From Candidatus Marinacidobacterales bacterium (lineage in GTDB: Bacteria; Acidobacteriota; Vicinamibacteria; Marinacidobacterales; SMYC01), in contig CBDCYI010000004.1 in the NCBI GenBank assembly GCA_965224085.1, forward strand, positions 832,001 to 896,000: a DNA stretch of 64,000 bases, written 5' to 3'. Under the pieces are notes generated by a model. The model was not told where the DNA came from and did no database searches. It saw only the letters and a program-made list of their open reading frames with translations. Within the stretch, counting starts at the first letter, position 1; each line of letters starts with the position of its first letter. This document shows, piece by piece, positions 18,668-29,908 of the stretch. The position numbers and the translations under genes are program-made.

Positions 18668-19513
18668 ATGAAAGAGTCCGGCGTCAACTTCTACGAATCG
18701 AGCGGCAAAGTCTTCATCAAGAGCCAAGCGGAGCTCGACACGATGGCGGCGGCGGGCCAGCTCGCCTCTGAATGTCTAGCGTGGATCGTCAAACAAGTCC
18801 AGCCCGGGATGACGACGCAGAACATCGACGACTTACAGGTCGACTTCGCGAAACGCCACCACGTTGTCGCCGCGCCGCTCCACTATCGCGGCTTCCCGAA
18901 GAGCATCTGCACCGCGGTCAACGATGTGATTTGCCACGGCATCCCGAACCAGAATCATGTTCTGAAGCAAGGCGATATCGTCGGCATCGACGTCACGCTC
19001 GTCGTGGACGGATTCCACGGCGACAATGCTGCGACGATCCCCGTCGGCGCTGTAAGCGCGTCGACCATGTCGCTTCTGACCACAACGCTCGAAGCGCAGC
19101 GACGCGCCATCGAAGCGGTGAAGCCTGGCGCACGGATCGGCGATATCGGGCACGCCATTCAATCTCTTGTCGAGCCCAAAGGCTTTTCCGTCGTACGGGA
19201 TTTCGTGGGACACGGCACCGGCCGCGGCTTTCATGAAGCGCCTCAAGTACCTCACTACGGAAGGCCGGGCCGCGGGTTGCGGCTCACGCCGGGGCTCGTC
19301 TTCACCATCGAGCCCATGATCAACGAAGGCGCGTGGGAGATGGAGATCCTCGACGACGGTTGGACCGCTGTTACGATCGACGGAAAGCTCTCAGCTCAAT
19401 ACGAGCACACGCTCGCGGTCACGAAAGACGGCGTGCGCGTCTTGACGGTCCAAAACGACGAAGGCCGGTGGGAGCCTCCGGGCGGTTGGGCCCCCGAAGG
19501 CTACACCTTCTAA
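18668..19513 (+). CDS. map: Type I methionine aminopeptidase
   Basis: ICHGIP, IDVT, GDNA, GHGTG..FHE, TIEPMIN, SAQYEHT. Confidence 0.96.
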   Translation: MKESGVNFYESSGKVFIKSQAELDTMAAAGQLASECLAWIVKQVQPGMTTQNIDDLQVDFAKRHHVVAAPLHYRGFPKSICTAVNDVICHGIPNQNHVLKQGDIVGIDVTLVVDGFHGDNAATIPVGAVSASTMSLLTTTLEAQRRAIEAVKPGARIGDIGHAIQSLVEPKGFSVVRDFVGHGTGRGFHEAPQVPHYGRPGRGLRLTPGLVFTIEPMINEGAWEMEILDDGWTAVTIDGKLSAQYEHTLAVTKDGVRVLTVQNDEGRWEPPGGWAPEGYTF

Positions 19514-19568
19514 AACGCTCCGCCTGTCATCACAGCGGTGCCGGCGGAGTGACGATACGGCGAGGCGT

Positions 19569-21122
19569 CTAGAAAGTCGGGTCGGATTCCTCCGAGCGGG
19601 AGCACTCGAGCTTCCCGAACAGCCGGCGGACCGGAGTTGGTGGCATCAGGTCCTCGCGCGTTCGCTCGTCGACGAAGATCACCTCGAGCCGAACGAGGGT
19701 CTCGTCACCGGAGTGACGGCGGTTCCAATCCTCGCAGAGCCACTCGGCGTAGCGACGGCGGTAGTGTTGCCACTGCAGCTGGTCGAAGATCGCCTCCGTG
19801 AGGCGCATCTGGTAGCTGCTCCAACGCCGAGACGGATGGTAGTCGAAGATCCATTCGGGCTTTTTCCAGGAGAGCTCGGGACCCGTCCACCACAGGTTGA
19901 CCGTCTTGCCGTTGCGCAGCTCTCCCGGAATGACGTACCAGCCATCCTCTCTCGGTGGGATCGGGCTGAACATAGCCCACTTCTGGTTGATGCGAAAGAA
20001 AAGCCCCACCCGGCTGAGCGACTCGGAAAAAGTCCAACTCTCGCGCACACCAGCGATGTTGTAGGAGAGTACATAGACCAGGCAGACTCCCGCCAGGGCT
20101 TGCCCGAGCTTCCCGAACAGCAAGCCTCGAGCTGGGCTGCTCTCGGAAGCCGCTCTGGGCGCGCGGCGCGGAAAGCGTGGCTCGAGCCACGCGCGCACGC
20201 GCTCTCCGGTTGCCGATTTCGTAAGCTTGTCCCAGAAAATGGGGGGGACGAAAGCCAGCATCATGACGGCATTGACCCAGGGCATGATGCCCAGGAAGAA
20301 GGAAAGCCCCAGCCCATACTGGAAGAACCAAGAAAGGCTGACGATGGCCAGACGCAAGCGCGCGGTGGCGAAGGGTGAGAAGAGCAGAAGCGGAGCTACG
20401 ATCTCGAACGCGAGGACGAAGAAGGTCACCCCTTGGAGCGCCCAGTTCAGGTCGTCGCGAAGAAAGGCACCGAAGGGCCGAAGCAGCCAATCGCGCTGGA
20501 GCGCGATGGCAATCGCGGACCCGCTCTGCCACCAGTCGGGCCCGCTCTTGAGCAATCCGGAGAAGAAATATACCGAGGCCACCTGAATGAGGAGACCCGC
20601 CGCGCCGAAGGAGACGATGAGTCGTCGGCGCAAAGAAGGGTCACCCTCAGCGCGACGGCTAGCATCCAGTGACCAGACGAGCCCCGAGGGAACGAACATC
20701 ATCCAGAAGAGGACCACGCGCAGGATCTCGTCCGCGAAGTAGCCGATGATCGCGTTCTGCGCGTGCAAGGACATCAATATCGCCCAGGACGCAATCGTCG
20801 CAAGGCGTGTGAAGAGGCCCACGAGCATCAGCAAAGCAAAGACCGCTGCGACGACGAAGAGGAGCGCCTGGTACCAGTAAGCGCCGCTGAGCACGTGAAG
20901 CGGCACCGCAGGCATGGGCGACACGCGAAAGGGAACTGCACCCGAGTCGGTATAAAAGACGGTGAAGTGGCGTGTCCGGAGTGCCAGATCCACGAGCAAG
21001 AGGGTGGCGAGTCCGATGCGGAGCATTGCGAGAGCACGCGGATCAATTCCGAAGACGCGCTGAAGCGCGCCTCGAAACCTACTGGAGGACTGCGGCTCGG
21101 ATTGTTCTTGAGTCACTACCAT
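19569..21122 (-). CDS. HTTM-domain membrane protein
   Basis: DPRALAMLRIGL, VYFFSGLLKSG.DW..GSA, NQKWAMFSP; multiple transmembrane segments. Confidence 0.8.
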   Translation of the reverse strand: MVVTQEQSEPQSSSRFRGALQRVFGIDPRALAMLRIGLATLLLVDLALRTRHFTVFYTDSGAVPFRVSPMPAVPLHVLSGAYWYQALLFVVAAVFALLMLVGLFTRLATIASWAILMSLHAQNAIIGYFADEILRVVLFWMMFVPSGLVWSLDASRRAEGDPSLRRRLIVSFGAAGLLIQVASVYFFSGLLKSGPDWWQSGSAIAIALQRDWLLRPFGAFLRDDLNWALQGVTFFVLAFEIVAPLLLFSPFATARLRLAIVSLSWFFQYGLGLSFFLGIMPWVNAVMMLAFVPPIFWDKLTKSATGERVRAWLEPRFPRRAPRAASESSPARGLLFGKLGQALAGVCLVYVLSYNIAGVRESWTFSESLSRVGLFFRINQKWAMFSPIPPREDGWYVIPGELRNGKTVNLWWTGPELSWKKPEWIFDYHPSRRWSSYQMRLTEAIFDQLQWQHYRRRYAEWLCEDWNRRHSGDETLVRLEVIFVDERTREDLMPPTPVRRLFGKLECSRSEESDPTF

Positions 21123-21375
21123 TAAATTTTACGTGGCCGACTCGGGTTTTTCCATTGAAGTCGACGCCGTCAAGAAACGTCGGATTGCCGATGATTGATT
21201 TCAGCTCCCCGCCTCGTGTCAGGGAGCTCGCCAAACATGGCAGCCTTCTCACGCACGATGGCTTCCGCAAGCTTCGCGTAAGCAGCACCTTCCGCTTGCG
21301 TGCCCGCGTGATGGAGCGCGAGCTGGATCGTCGCGCCGTCGACGTCCAAACGTGAAGCTCAAAACGAAGCGTGAA

Positions 21376-21494
21376 CTAGCAGGCTGATGAAAAGATTACG
21401 GCTCAGCCTGCGCGAGCGGAGCGAGCACGGCCCGAATGGGCCGACGAAACGCAAGGCGAGTGAGCGAAGAGCGAACGAGCATTAAGCACTCTAG
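21376..21494 (+). repeat. Dispersed REP/MITE-like element (copy A)
   Basis: GCGAGCGGAGCGAG...GCGAGTGAGCGAAGAGCGAACGAGC, flanked by CTAG on both sides and related to 45088-45188. Confidence 0.55.
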
Positions 21495-21499
21495 ATGTC

Positions 21500-22636
21500 T
21501 CATGGCAAATCGTTAGCGCGCCGTTCCATTGAAAGTATATCGCCCTCCTCGGCAGAGCGCCGGAATCCGAGAAGATGCAAGAACTCGAGCGAGTACCAGC
21601 GCGCGATAGCGCGATCGACGCGTACGCGGTGTCGCTCACCTTCGATCCGCGAGACGCCCGGAAGCCAATGAGCGATCCGTCCGGCGCGTGCGTAGCGCAA
21701 GAGTGCCGAGAGCCAAAGCCAGAACGAGCGCACTTTCGTAACGACGAAAAAGCCGTCATCACCTTGCTTCTGATAGAGCGGCATCAGGAGGTATCCACCA
21801 TTGGGAGCCGTGACATCCCCTCGCGCATCCTTCGCGATCGTTTGGCCGGCGACCACCGGCTCGAAGGAAGCAAAGCCCGGAAGCATCGAGAAAGCATCTT
21901 CGCGTGTGATCACGTGCCGATAGCTCACTTCGAGACTCGCCGGTGCCCCCGCGGCGGCACGCACGAGCTTGTCGCGCCCCGTTTGAAGCCACGACGCCTT
22001 GACGTCCACGAGCCCCATCTCGCCGAGCGCAATCCAGACAATTGCTTCGAGGTGGTCCACCGATTCCGGGTCTTCGTGCTGGCCGCCTTCGAATCCGACG
22101 GCCACGTGTCCCTCGAGACCGACGTAATCGATGAAGGTCCCTCTGAGCTGCTCCTCGAGACCGAGAACGATCGGGATCGGAAAACGCCGGGCAAAGTTGC
22201 GGCTGACCATCGTATCGGCAAAGACCGCGAAAGGCGCACCCGCTCCCGAAGTCGTGTGGAGGTCGAGCAGTACCACTGGCCCCCGAGCTTCTCCAAGCAC
22301 GCTCTCGAGGGTGTCAAGCAGCTCGCGCTGCTCTCGGGACTCCGCAGAATCCGCATCTCTCTCGAGCGATTCCGCCCACTCCATATCGAAACGCCGGTTC
22401 AAGTCTTCATCAATGAAGCGCCGGCGTGCGGCGAGCGCGGGCAAATGACCCGCGAGCGCTACGCAGTCTCCGCAACGGAGTCGTGAATGGCTTTTGAGCC
22501 GCTCAAAGACGCGCACGAGCGCGAGTGCACCCGCGGGCTCGTTGCCGTGAATGCCGCCTACGGCCACCAACATCGGGCCCGGTTCTTGATGAGAGACTCG
22601 GCCGATGACGCGTCGAGTTGGAAGCGGTGTGGTCAA
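21500..22636 (-). CDS. Succinylglutamate desuccinylase/aspartoacylase-family (M14) protein
   Basis: GGIHGNE, DLNR, LDLHTTS, FEGGQH. Confidence 0.88.
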   Translation of the reverse strand: MTTPLPTRRVIGRVSHQEPGPMLVAVGGIHGNEPAGALALVRVFERLKSHSRLRCGDCVALAGHLPALAARRRFIDEDLNRRFDMEWAESLERDADSAESREQRELLDTLESVLGEARGPVVLLDLHTTSGAGAPFAVFADTMVSRNFARRFPIPIVLGLEEQLRGTFIDYVGLEGHVAVGFEGGQHEDPESVDHLEAIVWIALGEMGLVDVKASWLQTGRDKLVRAAAGAPASLEVSYRHVITREDAFSMLPGFASFEPVVAGQTIAKDARGDVTAPNGGYLLMPLYQKQGDDGFFVVTKVRSFWLWLSALLRYARAGRIAHWLPGVSRIEGERHRVRVDRAIARWYSLEFLHLLGFRRSAEEGDILSMERRANDLP

Positions 22637-22694
22637 GCTTAGAAGATGTCTCTAAATAGCGGTAAATAGTGGTCGGTAGGTCAGCGATTAGTGC

Positions 22695-25286
22695 TCACGC
22701 GCGCTTCGAGCTTCTCCCAAAGCCAGGAACGCGTCTGAGCGCGATATCCACAAAATAGAGTAGCAAAGCGAGCGCTGACAAGAAGGGCCAGAGCTCGGTA
22801 GGAAAGCTCGCCGATTCGCGGCGCGCCGCGAAGATATCTTCGATTTCCGGCCGGAACACGCCGCCGGTTTCTTCGGCGATCGCCTCGAGACGCACTCCGT
22901 CGGGTGGATAGAAACGGTACTCGTCCGGGTAAGGATAGAACACCGCGCGTGCGTTCCCCGCGACGGCGAGCGCCTCTTCGGGCAAACCGTTACTCGAAAG
23001 CTGAAAGCGCCAGGGAGAGTCCGCCGAGATCTTCAAGGGAACCGACGCGTGGTAGTGGCCTGGGGCCGTCTGCCGCATCGCCATGGTGCGGACCGCGCGC
23101 CCGGGGTCGGTGATCTTTAGAGACGGTACGAGCCCTCTGGGGAACTCACCCTTCTCGTCGACGACGCGCAGGTCGACCTCCGCCGCGTCTCCCTTGCGCT
23201 CGACGCGAAAGTCGACTTCCGCGCCGCGGTTGCGCCGCAACGTTTCGCGCACGAGCTGCGCCCAAAACTTCCCGTAGCCATCCCATTCGAGCCAGTCGGC
23301 CGCCCATCGATTCTTGACATCGGACGTGAACATGACAGAGCGGCCAATCCCGTAATGCCATCGGGCGAGTAGCGGATCCTCGTCCGGGGCTTCGAGGATG
23401 ACTTCGGCCATATCTTTCGGAAGCGTCGAAACGTATCCTTTGAGCGGCGGCGCGGAGTCGAAATCGATGCCGCTCAGCGCTTCGACCTCGCGCTTCACGA
23501 GAGGCTCGAACGACTCTTCGATGAGCGTGGCCTCGAGCGCGATTTGCGTCTCCTCGATGAAGATCTGCTGCACGCGTTCCGCGTCCTCGATGAAGTAGCT
23601 GCGACCCTTCCCCCACTCTGCGATACCGGCAAGAAGCTCCCGATCCGCTTCTTCCCCGACGGCGACCGTCGAGACCGTGATCTCTTCCTCCGTCATGCGG
23701 TTCACGAGCTCTTCGTAATCGTCGGGATAAGTCTTTCCGTCGGAGAGCAGGATGACGTGCTTGACCTTCGAGGGACTCTCGACGAGCTGCTCGAACGAGC
23801 GCTCGAGGGCCGGATAAATGTTCGTCTGGGCGCTCGCTTGAATCCGGCTGATTCCTTCCTTGATGAACTCCCTCTTGGTAGCGAGCTGAAGTGGAATCGT
23901 CGTATAGGGATTCCAGTCGAAGGTCACGACGCCGAAACGATGGGTTTCCTCGAGCAAATCGAGCGCCGCTTTGGTCGCTTCCTTCGCGAGCGCGATCTTG
24001 CGTCCATACATACTGTAGGACTTGTCGAGCACGATGATGAGCGACAGATCCTTCCACTTTTCCTCGACGCGAAACTCCACCGGCAAAATGCGCTCGATGA
24101 TTGTGTCGGAGTAGCCTTCCTCACCGAAGCTCGTCTCGCCCGCAGCGAAGATGAATCCGCCTTCGTCGTCGCGCACATAGCTTTCGATGGCCCGCATCGT
24201 TTCTTCGCTCAAGCCCTTGATCGAAACGTCGCTCAGAATCACGGCTTCATAGGCCTTCCAGTTCACCGACGCCAGGTTGTCGCCCGAGCGCACCGTCACA
24301 TCGAGCCCCTCGGAGGAGAGCGCGCTTGTCAAGTAGCCGGCGCTAGCGACGTGGCCTTCGGCGTAGAGCACGCGCGGCGCGGGCCCGACCGCCACCGTCT
24401 GGACCCTGACGTCGTTTATCTGGAATGGGTCTAGAGCCGTCTCGATCCGCGCCTGCAGATCTACGAGCCCTTCGTCAGGAAGCCGAACTTCGAATTCAAC
24501 GCGGGTAAAGCCGGGCGAGAGGGTGAGCTCGCGGCTCGCGAGCCGTGCCGAGGACGTCTCGAGCCCCACGGTCGCTTCTTTTTCCGTGCGGCTGAAGACC
24601 ACGACACCAACCTCAATCATCTCCTCGGCGCGCACTTTTTCAGGGACCTCGATCGACTCGATCCAACTATCGCCTTCGCCGCGCACGGCCGCGGGGACGG
24701 TAAAGACGCGGATTCCCTGCTCGCGAAGCTCCGGTAAGACCGCATCGAGAGAGCCGTCCGTCTCGTGGCCATCGGTAATAAGGACCAGTCGCTGTAAGCT
24801 CGCGGGCCGAAAGCTCGTCATCGCCTGTCGGACGGCGCGCTCGATATTCGTGCGGCTCTGGTCGATAGCGCCCGGCTGAACGTCGCCGGACTCCACGGCC
24901 ACGCCGTCATAGACAGCCAGGGTACCGAGCTCTTCGGCTCGCTCCACGAGCGCTGACTGAGCGCCGAAGCCGATGAAGCGTGCATGCGCCGGATTCCCCT
25001 TTTGCACCGCTCCGCCGCTCCACTGGATGGCGGCGTTCAAGAATTCCGGCGAGATGCTGCGCGAGATATCCAAAAGGAAGATAGTGGAGAGCTCCCTGCC
25101 CGGCCGGTTCAAGAGCGGCCGCATGAGCGCCGCAACGAGAAGAAGAACCACCGCGCTCCGTATCCAGGTGAGAAGCGTCAAGTGGCGGACGGTTAGGGAC
25201 GTATCCGTCCCCCAACGCACCCACCATAAATAAGCCAGCGCCGGCAGGAGCAGAAGCGGCCAGAATGTCTCGAAGCTCAGCGACAT
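22695..25286 (-). CDS. Membrane protein with two VWA domains and a GATase-like domain
   Basis: DISRS and DKSYS MIDAS motifs, ITDG and LSDG, N- and C-terminal TM segments. Confidence 0.85.
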   Translation of the reverse strand: MSLSFETFWPLLLLPALAYLWWVRWGTDTSLTVRHLTLLTWIRSAVVLLLVAALMRPLLNRPGRELSTIFLLDISRSISPEFLNAAIQWSGGAVQKGNPAHARFIGFGAQSALVERAEELGTLAVYDGVAVESGDVQPGAIDQSRTNIERAVRQAMTSFRPASLQRLVLITDGHETDGSLDAVLPELREQGIRVFTVPAAVRGEGDSWIESIEVPEKVRAEEMIEVGVVVFSRTEKEATVGLETSSARLASRELTLSPGFTRVEFEVRLPDEGLVDLQARIETALDPFQINDVRVQTVAVGPAPRVLYAEGHVASAGYLTSALSSEGLDVTVRSGDNLASVNWKAYEAVILSDVSIKGLSEETMRAIESYVRDDEGGFIFAAGETSFGEEGYSDTIIERILPVEFRVEEKWKDLSLIIVLDKSYSMYGRKIALAKEATKAALDLLEETHRFGVVTFDWNPYTTIPLQLATKREFIKEGISRIQASAQTNIYPALERSFEQLVESPSKVKHVILLSDGKTYPDDYEELVNRMTEEEITVSTVAVGEEADRELLAGIAEWGKGRSYFIEDAERVQQIFIEETQIALEATLIEESFEPLVKREVEALSGIDFDSAPPLKGYVSTLPKDMAEVILEAPDEDPLLARWHYGIGRSVMFTSDVKNRWAADWLEWDGYGKFWAQLVRETLRRNRGAEVDFRVERKGDAAEVDLRVVDEKGEFPRGLVPSLKITDPGRAVRTMAMRQTAPGHYHASVPLKISADSPWRFQLSSNGLPEEALAVAGNARAVFYPYPDEYRFYPPDGVRLEAIAEETGGVFRPEIEDIFAARRESASFPTELWPFLSALALLLYFVDIALRRVPGFGRSSKRA

Positions 25287-25317
25287 GATCCGACCAATTT
25301 TACTTCAGCGCACGTAT

Positions 25318-25392
25318 CGGGGCTATCGCTTTCGGCGCACCCTCGAAAGTCGCCACGGCGCTCGCTCCGCTCGCTTTTCTGACGTTCTAGCT
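25318..25392 (-). repeat. Partial copy of the dispersed REP/MITE-like element
   Basis: CTCGCTCCGCTCGC motif next to CTAG. Confidence 0.4.
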
Positions 25393-25422
25393 GTAGATTT
25401 GGACCCATTCATGGAGGATGGA

Positions 25423-26019
25423 ATGCGCGCTCTTCTACTTTTGCTCACCGTGGTCCAAGCCCCGACCATCGAGGTCACCCCCGCGAGCATGACTCTCGAG
25501 GTAGGCGAATCGGCGACGCTTCGCGCCGTCACAAAAGGCTCGGACGCACCAGTGGTTTTCTTCTCGGGAAATCGCATGGGGCTCACCGTCACCCCTTCCG
25601 GCCGTGTCACCGCCAAGGGGCCGGGCACCTTCGTCGTCACCGCGCTCTTACCCGATAAGCCCTTCGACGGCGCGTGGGATTCCTACTCGCGTCGCGACCC
25701 GGGGATACGAACGACGATCGAGGTCACCGTTTCCGTGCCTCCCCTCGAGAGCGTCGCGATCGTCGGCTTCCCAGAGCAAATGTATGCAGGCACGACCATG
25801 CCGATCCGCGCGCGCGGTACGGACACGAGCGGCGCCGAGCGGACGGACTTCACGACGCGTTTTCTCATTGATGACACCGACACCGACACCGGCGCAAACG
25901 CTCCATTCGCCTGGGGACCGCAGCTGCACAAAGGCACGATCTTCTTCGCCGATTTCAACAGTGGACTCTGGGCCATCCGCCTCGCGCCTTCCGACACGTC
26001 GATGGACGGTGAACAATGA
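25423..26019 (+). pseudogene. Ig-like/LVIVD protein with a large internal deletion
   Basis: The Ig-like N-terminus joins at a GACACC triple repeat directly to WGPQLHKGTIFFADFNSGLW, the same tail as the next gene. Confidence 0.7.
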
Positions 26020-28083
26020 TGCCGACTCTACTCTTTGCTGCAGCGCTCGGCGCGCAGCTTTCGGTGCAGCCCGAAGCGCTCGAGCTACGGGTCGGAGAGA
26101 CGGCACGCCTCGAAGCCATCGTGGAAGGCGCGGACGAAGGCGCCACGGTCATTTTCTTCTCGACGGCGCCGCGGACCGCGAGCGTCACGCCTTCGGGGGT
26201 CGTCACCGCACGCCGCTCGGGAACCGCCATCCTCGTAGCTCTGATCCCGGCCGAGCTTCTGGACGCTGAGCTCTATCGCCAGAACGATCCGGGCATCCGC
26301 GTCGAGATTGCGGTGACCGTGCAGCCCTCGCCGCTAGCACGGCTCGACATACAAGGGCTTCCCGAAACACTTCGCGTCGGCGAGCGGGCGCGCATTCATG
26401 TCGTCGCAACCGACACCAACGACGAGGTCAAAGACGTGCGCCCGAGCCTCTCCGTAGAAAACGATAAGGTAGCATCCGCGCACGGCTTCGGCGATCTCTT
26501 TCGCGGCACGTTTCACGCGCATCCTTTCTACGATCGGCCGCGGCCCGATCTCTACCCCGGCGACGCGTCCGGGCTCGTGACAGCACTCTCCCCCGGAACG
26601 ACGACTTTGACCGCGTCCGTCGACGGCATCGTCGCGGAGCGGAAGCTCGTCGTCGTGCCAAACCCCGTGACATCGATTCGTGTCACAGCGTCTCAGCGTC
26701 TCAGCCGGAAGCGCGCACCGGTGATGTGATCCGCTTCTCTGTTGCGCCCGCCGACGCCCCCGTCCGTTTCGCGCTCGAGTCGCACCCGGATCCGAGCCGT
26801 GCCGAGACGATGGGCGCCGGGGCACCCGCACAGATTCTCCGCGATGGCCGCTTCGTCGCGGAGCAGGCCGGCCTCTATACGGTGCTCGCGACCTCGGGCG
26901 ACCGCATCGCGCGCGCCACCGTGCGGGTCGCACCTCGTGACGTGTCGCGTGAGCTCGAGTTCGTAGGCCAAGCTCCGGTGCGCGATCGCATCACATCGGA
27001 TCTCTGGGTCTGGGAGGGCCTCGACGGACGGGACTATGCGATCCTCGGGACGTGGAACGCGGACGGCGCGCGCTCTTTTTCGACGTGACAGATCCTTCGA
27101 ACATGCAGCGGATTGCGGACGTTCAAGTCGATGCGCGGACGGTCAACGATGTAAAAGTCACGGAGGACAGGCGCTACGCTGTCATCACACACGAAGGCGC
27201 TTCCAATCGCAAAAACGGCTTCGTCGTGCTCGACGTGTCAAACCCGCGCACTCCCGAGATCGTTTCGCGATTCGACGAGCAGCTCACGGGCGGCGTGCAC
27301 AATGTCTTTCTCTACGAGGACCACGTTTTCGCGATCAACAACGGACGGCGCTGGGATGTGATCAACATCGAAGACCCGACCAACCCGTTCCGCGTTTCGC
27401 GTTTCGAAGGCAAGAGTCCCGGCCGCTCCGTGCACGATGTCTGGGTCAGAGACGGCATCGCGTTTCAAGCCGGCAACACGGAAGGGATTGTGCTCGTCGA
27501 TGTCGGGGGCGGCGGCCACGGAGGCTCCCCGGCTAACCCCGTCGAGATCGGCCGTCTCCCGCAGCTCACCGGGTGGAACCACGCCGTTTGGCCTTTCCGA
27601 AGCCCGTCGACGGGCAAGTTCTATGTCATCGCAGGCGACGAAGCGCATCCCATCAACCCCCGAGTGCCGGGACCGATCATCGCGTGGGAGGAGCGGAGCG
27701 CTTCGCGCGCCAGGGGCTGGATCCATGTGCTCGAGTTCGAGGATTTTAACGAGCCGAAGGAAATCGCCCGCTACCGCGTTCCCGAGGCGGGCCCCCACAA
27801 CCTATGGATAGATTGGGAACAAGAGATCATGTACGTCGCCTACTTCAACGGTGGGCTTCGCATCGTGGACGTCTCGGGCGAGCTCGTGGGTGATCTGTAT
27901 CGCCAAGGCCGTGAGATAGCGAAGTTCTATTCGGATGACACGGCCGGCTACGTCCCCAACTCGCCTTTTGTCTGGGGGCCTCAGCCGCACAAAGGCGTCA
28001 TTTTCTTTTCGGATTTCCACAGCGGGCTCTGGGCCGTACGGTTCGCGGACAGCGGAGACCGATCGTCTGGGAGGATGCCATGA
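26016..28083 (+). pseudogene. Ig-like plus LVIVD-repeat secreted protein, two frameshifts (~26700, ~27070)
   Basis: Three consecutive ORFs form one protein: SDLWVWEG, ARTVNDVK, GGVHN, SVHDVWV, YFNGGLRIVD. Confidence 0.8.
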
Positions 28084-28270
28084 GGCATCTACTAGCCTTC
28101 CTTACACCCAGGCCGGGCTTTTCCCCGCGACGATGGACATCAGCCCAACGACAGGCTTTTTTGTTCGTCGTCAACTTCAATCTCCATGGCGATCACGTGC
28201 TCAGCAACGTTTCGGTCATCGATACGGTATCGATGACTGAAATCGCGCAAATTGAACAAGGCAGGACGGA
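28080..28270 (+). pseudogene. Fragment of a YncE/YVTN beta-propeller gene
   Basis: LFVVNFNLHGDHVLSNVSVIDT. Confidence 0.5.
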
Positions 28271-28464
28271 CACCCCGCACGACGGGGCGCCACCCGATCT
28301 GCACCCCGTGGCCAAAAATTTGGCGAGCGCGACTGCCAAAAAGTGCAAGTTGCCTGCGTCCGTGACACCAGGCGTTTCGGTTCGCGGGGTGGTAGATTCC
28401 TATAACTAGTTCAACAGGCTATAATTATATGTGATTTTGGGTCCTGCCTTAGTTTGCGGCCGAC

Positions 28465-28480
28465 TGGCACGGGGGTTGCT
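28465..28480 (+). promoter_or_regulatory. Sigma54 (-24/-12) promoter of the pilin gene
   Basis: TGGCAC-GGGGG-TTGCT has exact GG-N10-GC spacing and lies ~145 nt before the pilin ATG. Confidence 0.85.
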
Positions 28481-28624
28481 ATAGACCAGACTGATTCAGG
28501 CGACTGATTTAGTTTCCGCTTACACAGCCGCTTTCGTTGACCCCGAGGTTGGGGACCCATTGGGGAGGCAGGTAAGCAACAACAATCCCGCGAGCGAGCG
28601 GGGCTTCAAAGGAGAGAAAAGACA

Positions 28625-29155
28625 ATGCGGAACAACAAAGGTTTCACACTTATCGAGCTGCTGATCGTCGTGGCGATCATCGGCATCATTGCCGCGATCG
28701 CCATCCCGAGCTTGCTCCGGGCGCGCGTCTCGGCCAATGAGGCTCAGGCGATCGGCGACACCCGTTCGGTGATCTCCGCCGAGCAGACCTACGCATCGGC
28801 CAACGGTGGATTCTTCGGGCCAATTGCAAACCTCTGCCGGGTCGCCCCCTGCACCGGCATCGGCATCCCGGTCTATCCGGCCGCCGCCCCTGAGTTCCTC
28901 GGCGCCGACCTCGGTGCTCTCGGCGTCAAATCCGGCTACACCCGCACTTGGACGCCTGTAGGCGCACCGGCACCGATTCCTACAACGGTCGATGGGGCCA
29001 GTGCTCTGGACTACTGCTACAACTCCGATCCTGCCCAACTCGGTCTGACGGGTGTGCGTTCCTTCATGGGCGTCGGCACCGGTTCGATTTACATGCAAAC
29101 CGATGGCACGGCAATTACTTGCCCGGCCGACGGTTCGTCACCGTTTCTCAGTTAA
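28625..29155 (+). CDS. Type IV pilin (probable major pilin)
   Basis: KG|FTLIELLIVVAIIGIIAAIAIP class III signal; strong RBS. Confidence 0.9.
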   Translation: MRNNKGFTLIELLIVVAIIGIIAAIAIPSLLRARVSANEAQAIGDTRSVISAEQTYASANGGFFGPIANLCRVAPCTGIGIPVYPAAAPEFLGADLGALGVKSGYTRTWTPVGAPAPIPTTVDGASALDYCYNSDPAQLGLTGVRSFMGVGTGSIYMQTDGTAITCPADGSSPFLS

Positions 29156-29173
29156 CGCATAAAGTCGGCGTTA

Positions 29174-29203
29174 GGGGCAGCGCTCTTTCGAGGGCGCTGC
29201 CCC
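29174..29203 (+). terminator. GC-rich hairpin between the pilin genes (terminator or mRNA stabiliser)
   Basis: GGGGCAGCGCTCT-TTCG-AGGGCGCTGCCCC, with no U-tract. Confidence 0.55.
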
Positions 29204-29237
29204 AAAGCCCCGAAGACAAACGTTGGTGGGGGGGTTC

Positions 29238-29795
29238 ATGCCGCGACACAATCTGAGCACCTCGGAGGGATTCACGCTCATCGAGCTCCTCATCGTCGTT
29301 GCCATCATCGGTATCATCGCCGCCGTCGCCATCCCCAATCTTCTCCGCGCCCGCATCTCGGCCAACGAGGCCCAGGCGATTGGAGACACGCGCACAATCA
29401 TGTCGTCGAACGTCGCGTACGCGTCCTCGAACTGCGGCTATTTCGCAGCGGCCTTGACGTGCATGACCAGAGAAGGAGGCGGCGCGATCTGCATTAACAA
29501 CTACCCGCCTACAGCACCGCAGTTTCTCGCCGCCGATCTCGGCCGGGTTACTCCCTATGACAAGGCCGGCTACAGTCGTGACTACCCGGTTACGCCCGTA
29601 GTCGCACCTGGCGTCGATCCGGCCATCTGTGATCCTGCCTCGCTTCTGGATTACTGCTACGTTGCGGGGCCGTCACAGATCGGGTTGACCGGCGTGCGCT
29701 CGTTCCTGGGATCACCGGCGGGAGCCATCTTCCAAGATGGGACTGGTGTGATGATGCCGTGCCCCCCTCCGGCAGGTTCGACACCGCTCCAGTAG
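29238..29795 (+). CDS. Second type IV pilin paralogue
   Basis: EG|FTLIELLIVV. Shares SANEAQAIGDTR, LDYCY and GLTGVRSF with the first pilin. Confidence 0.9.
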   Translation: MPRHNLSTSEGFTLIELLIVVAIIGIIAAVAIPNLLRARISANEAQAIGDTRTIMSSNVAYASSNCGYFAAALTCMTREGGGAICINNYPPTAPQFLAADLGRVTPYDKAGYSRDYPVTPVVAPGVDPAICDPASLLDYCYVAGPSQIGLTGVRSFLGSPAGAIFQDGTGVMMPCPPPAGSTPLQ

Positions 29796-29908
29796 CTTCT
29801 CGCATTTTTCTCGATGCGTACGGCGTTCGGCTCTTGGCACGTTATGCTAAAATGACGGTTAACGCTCGATAAACCAACCTGAGACGAGCCTGCGCGGCTT
29901 CCAGAGCC

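Noticed and set aside
21079-21355. Short ORFs between the HTTM gene and the repeat
   Set aside because: No recognisable motifs.
29835-29850. Second sigma54-like site TGGCACGTTATGC
   Set aside because: GG-to-GC spacing is 8 nt, not the required 10.
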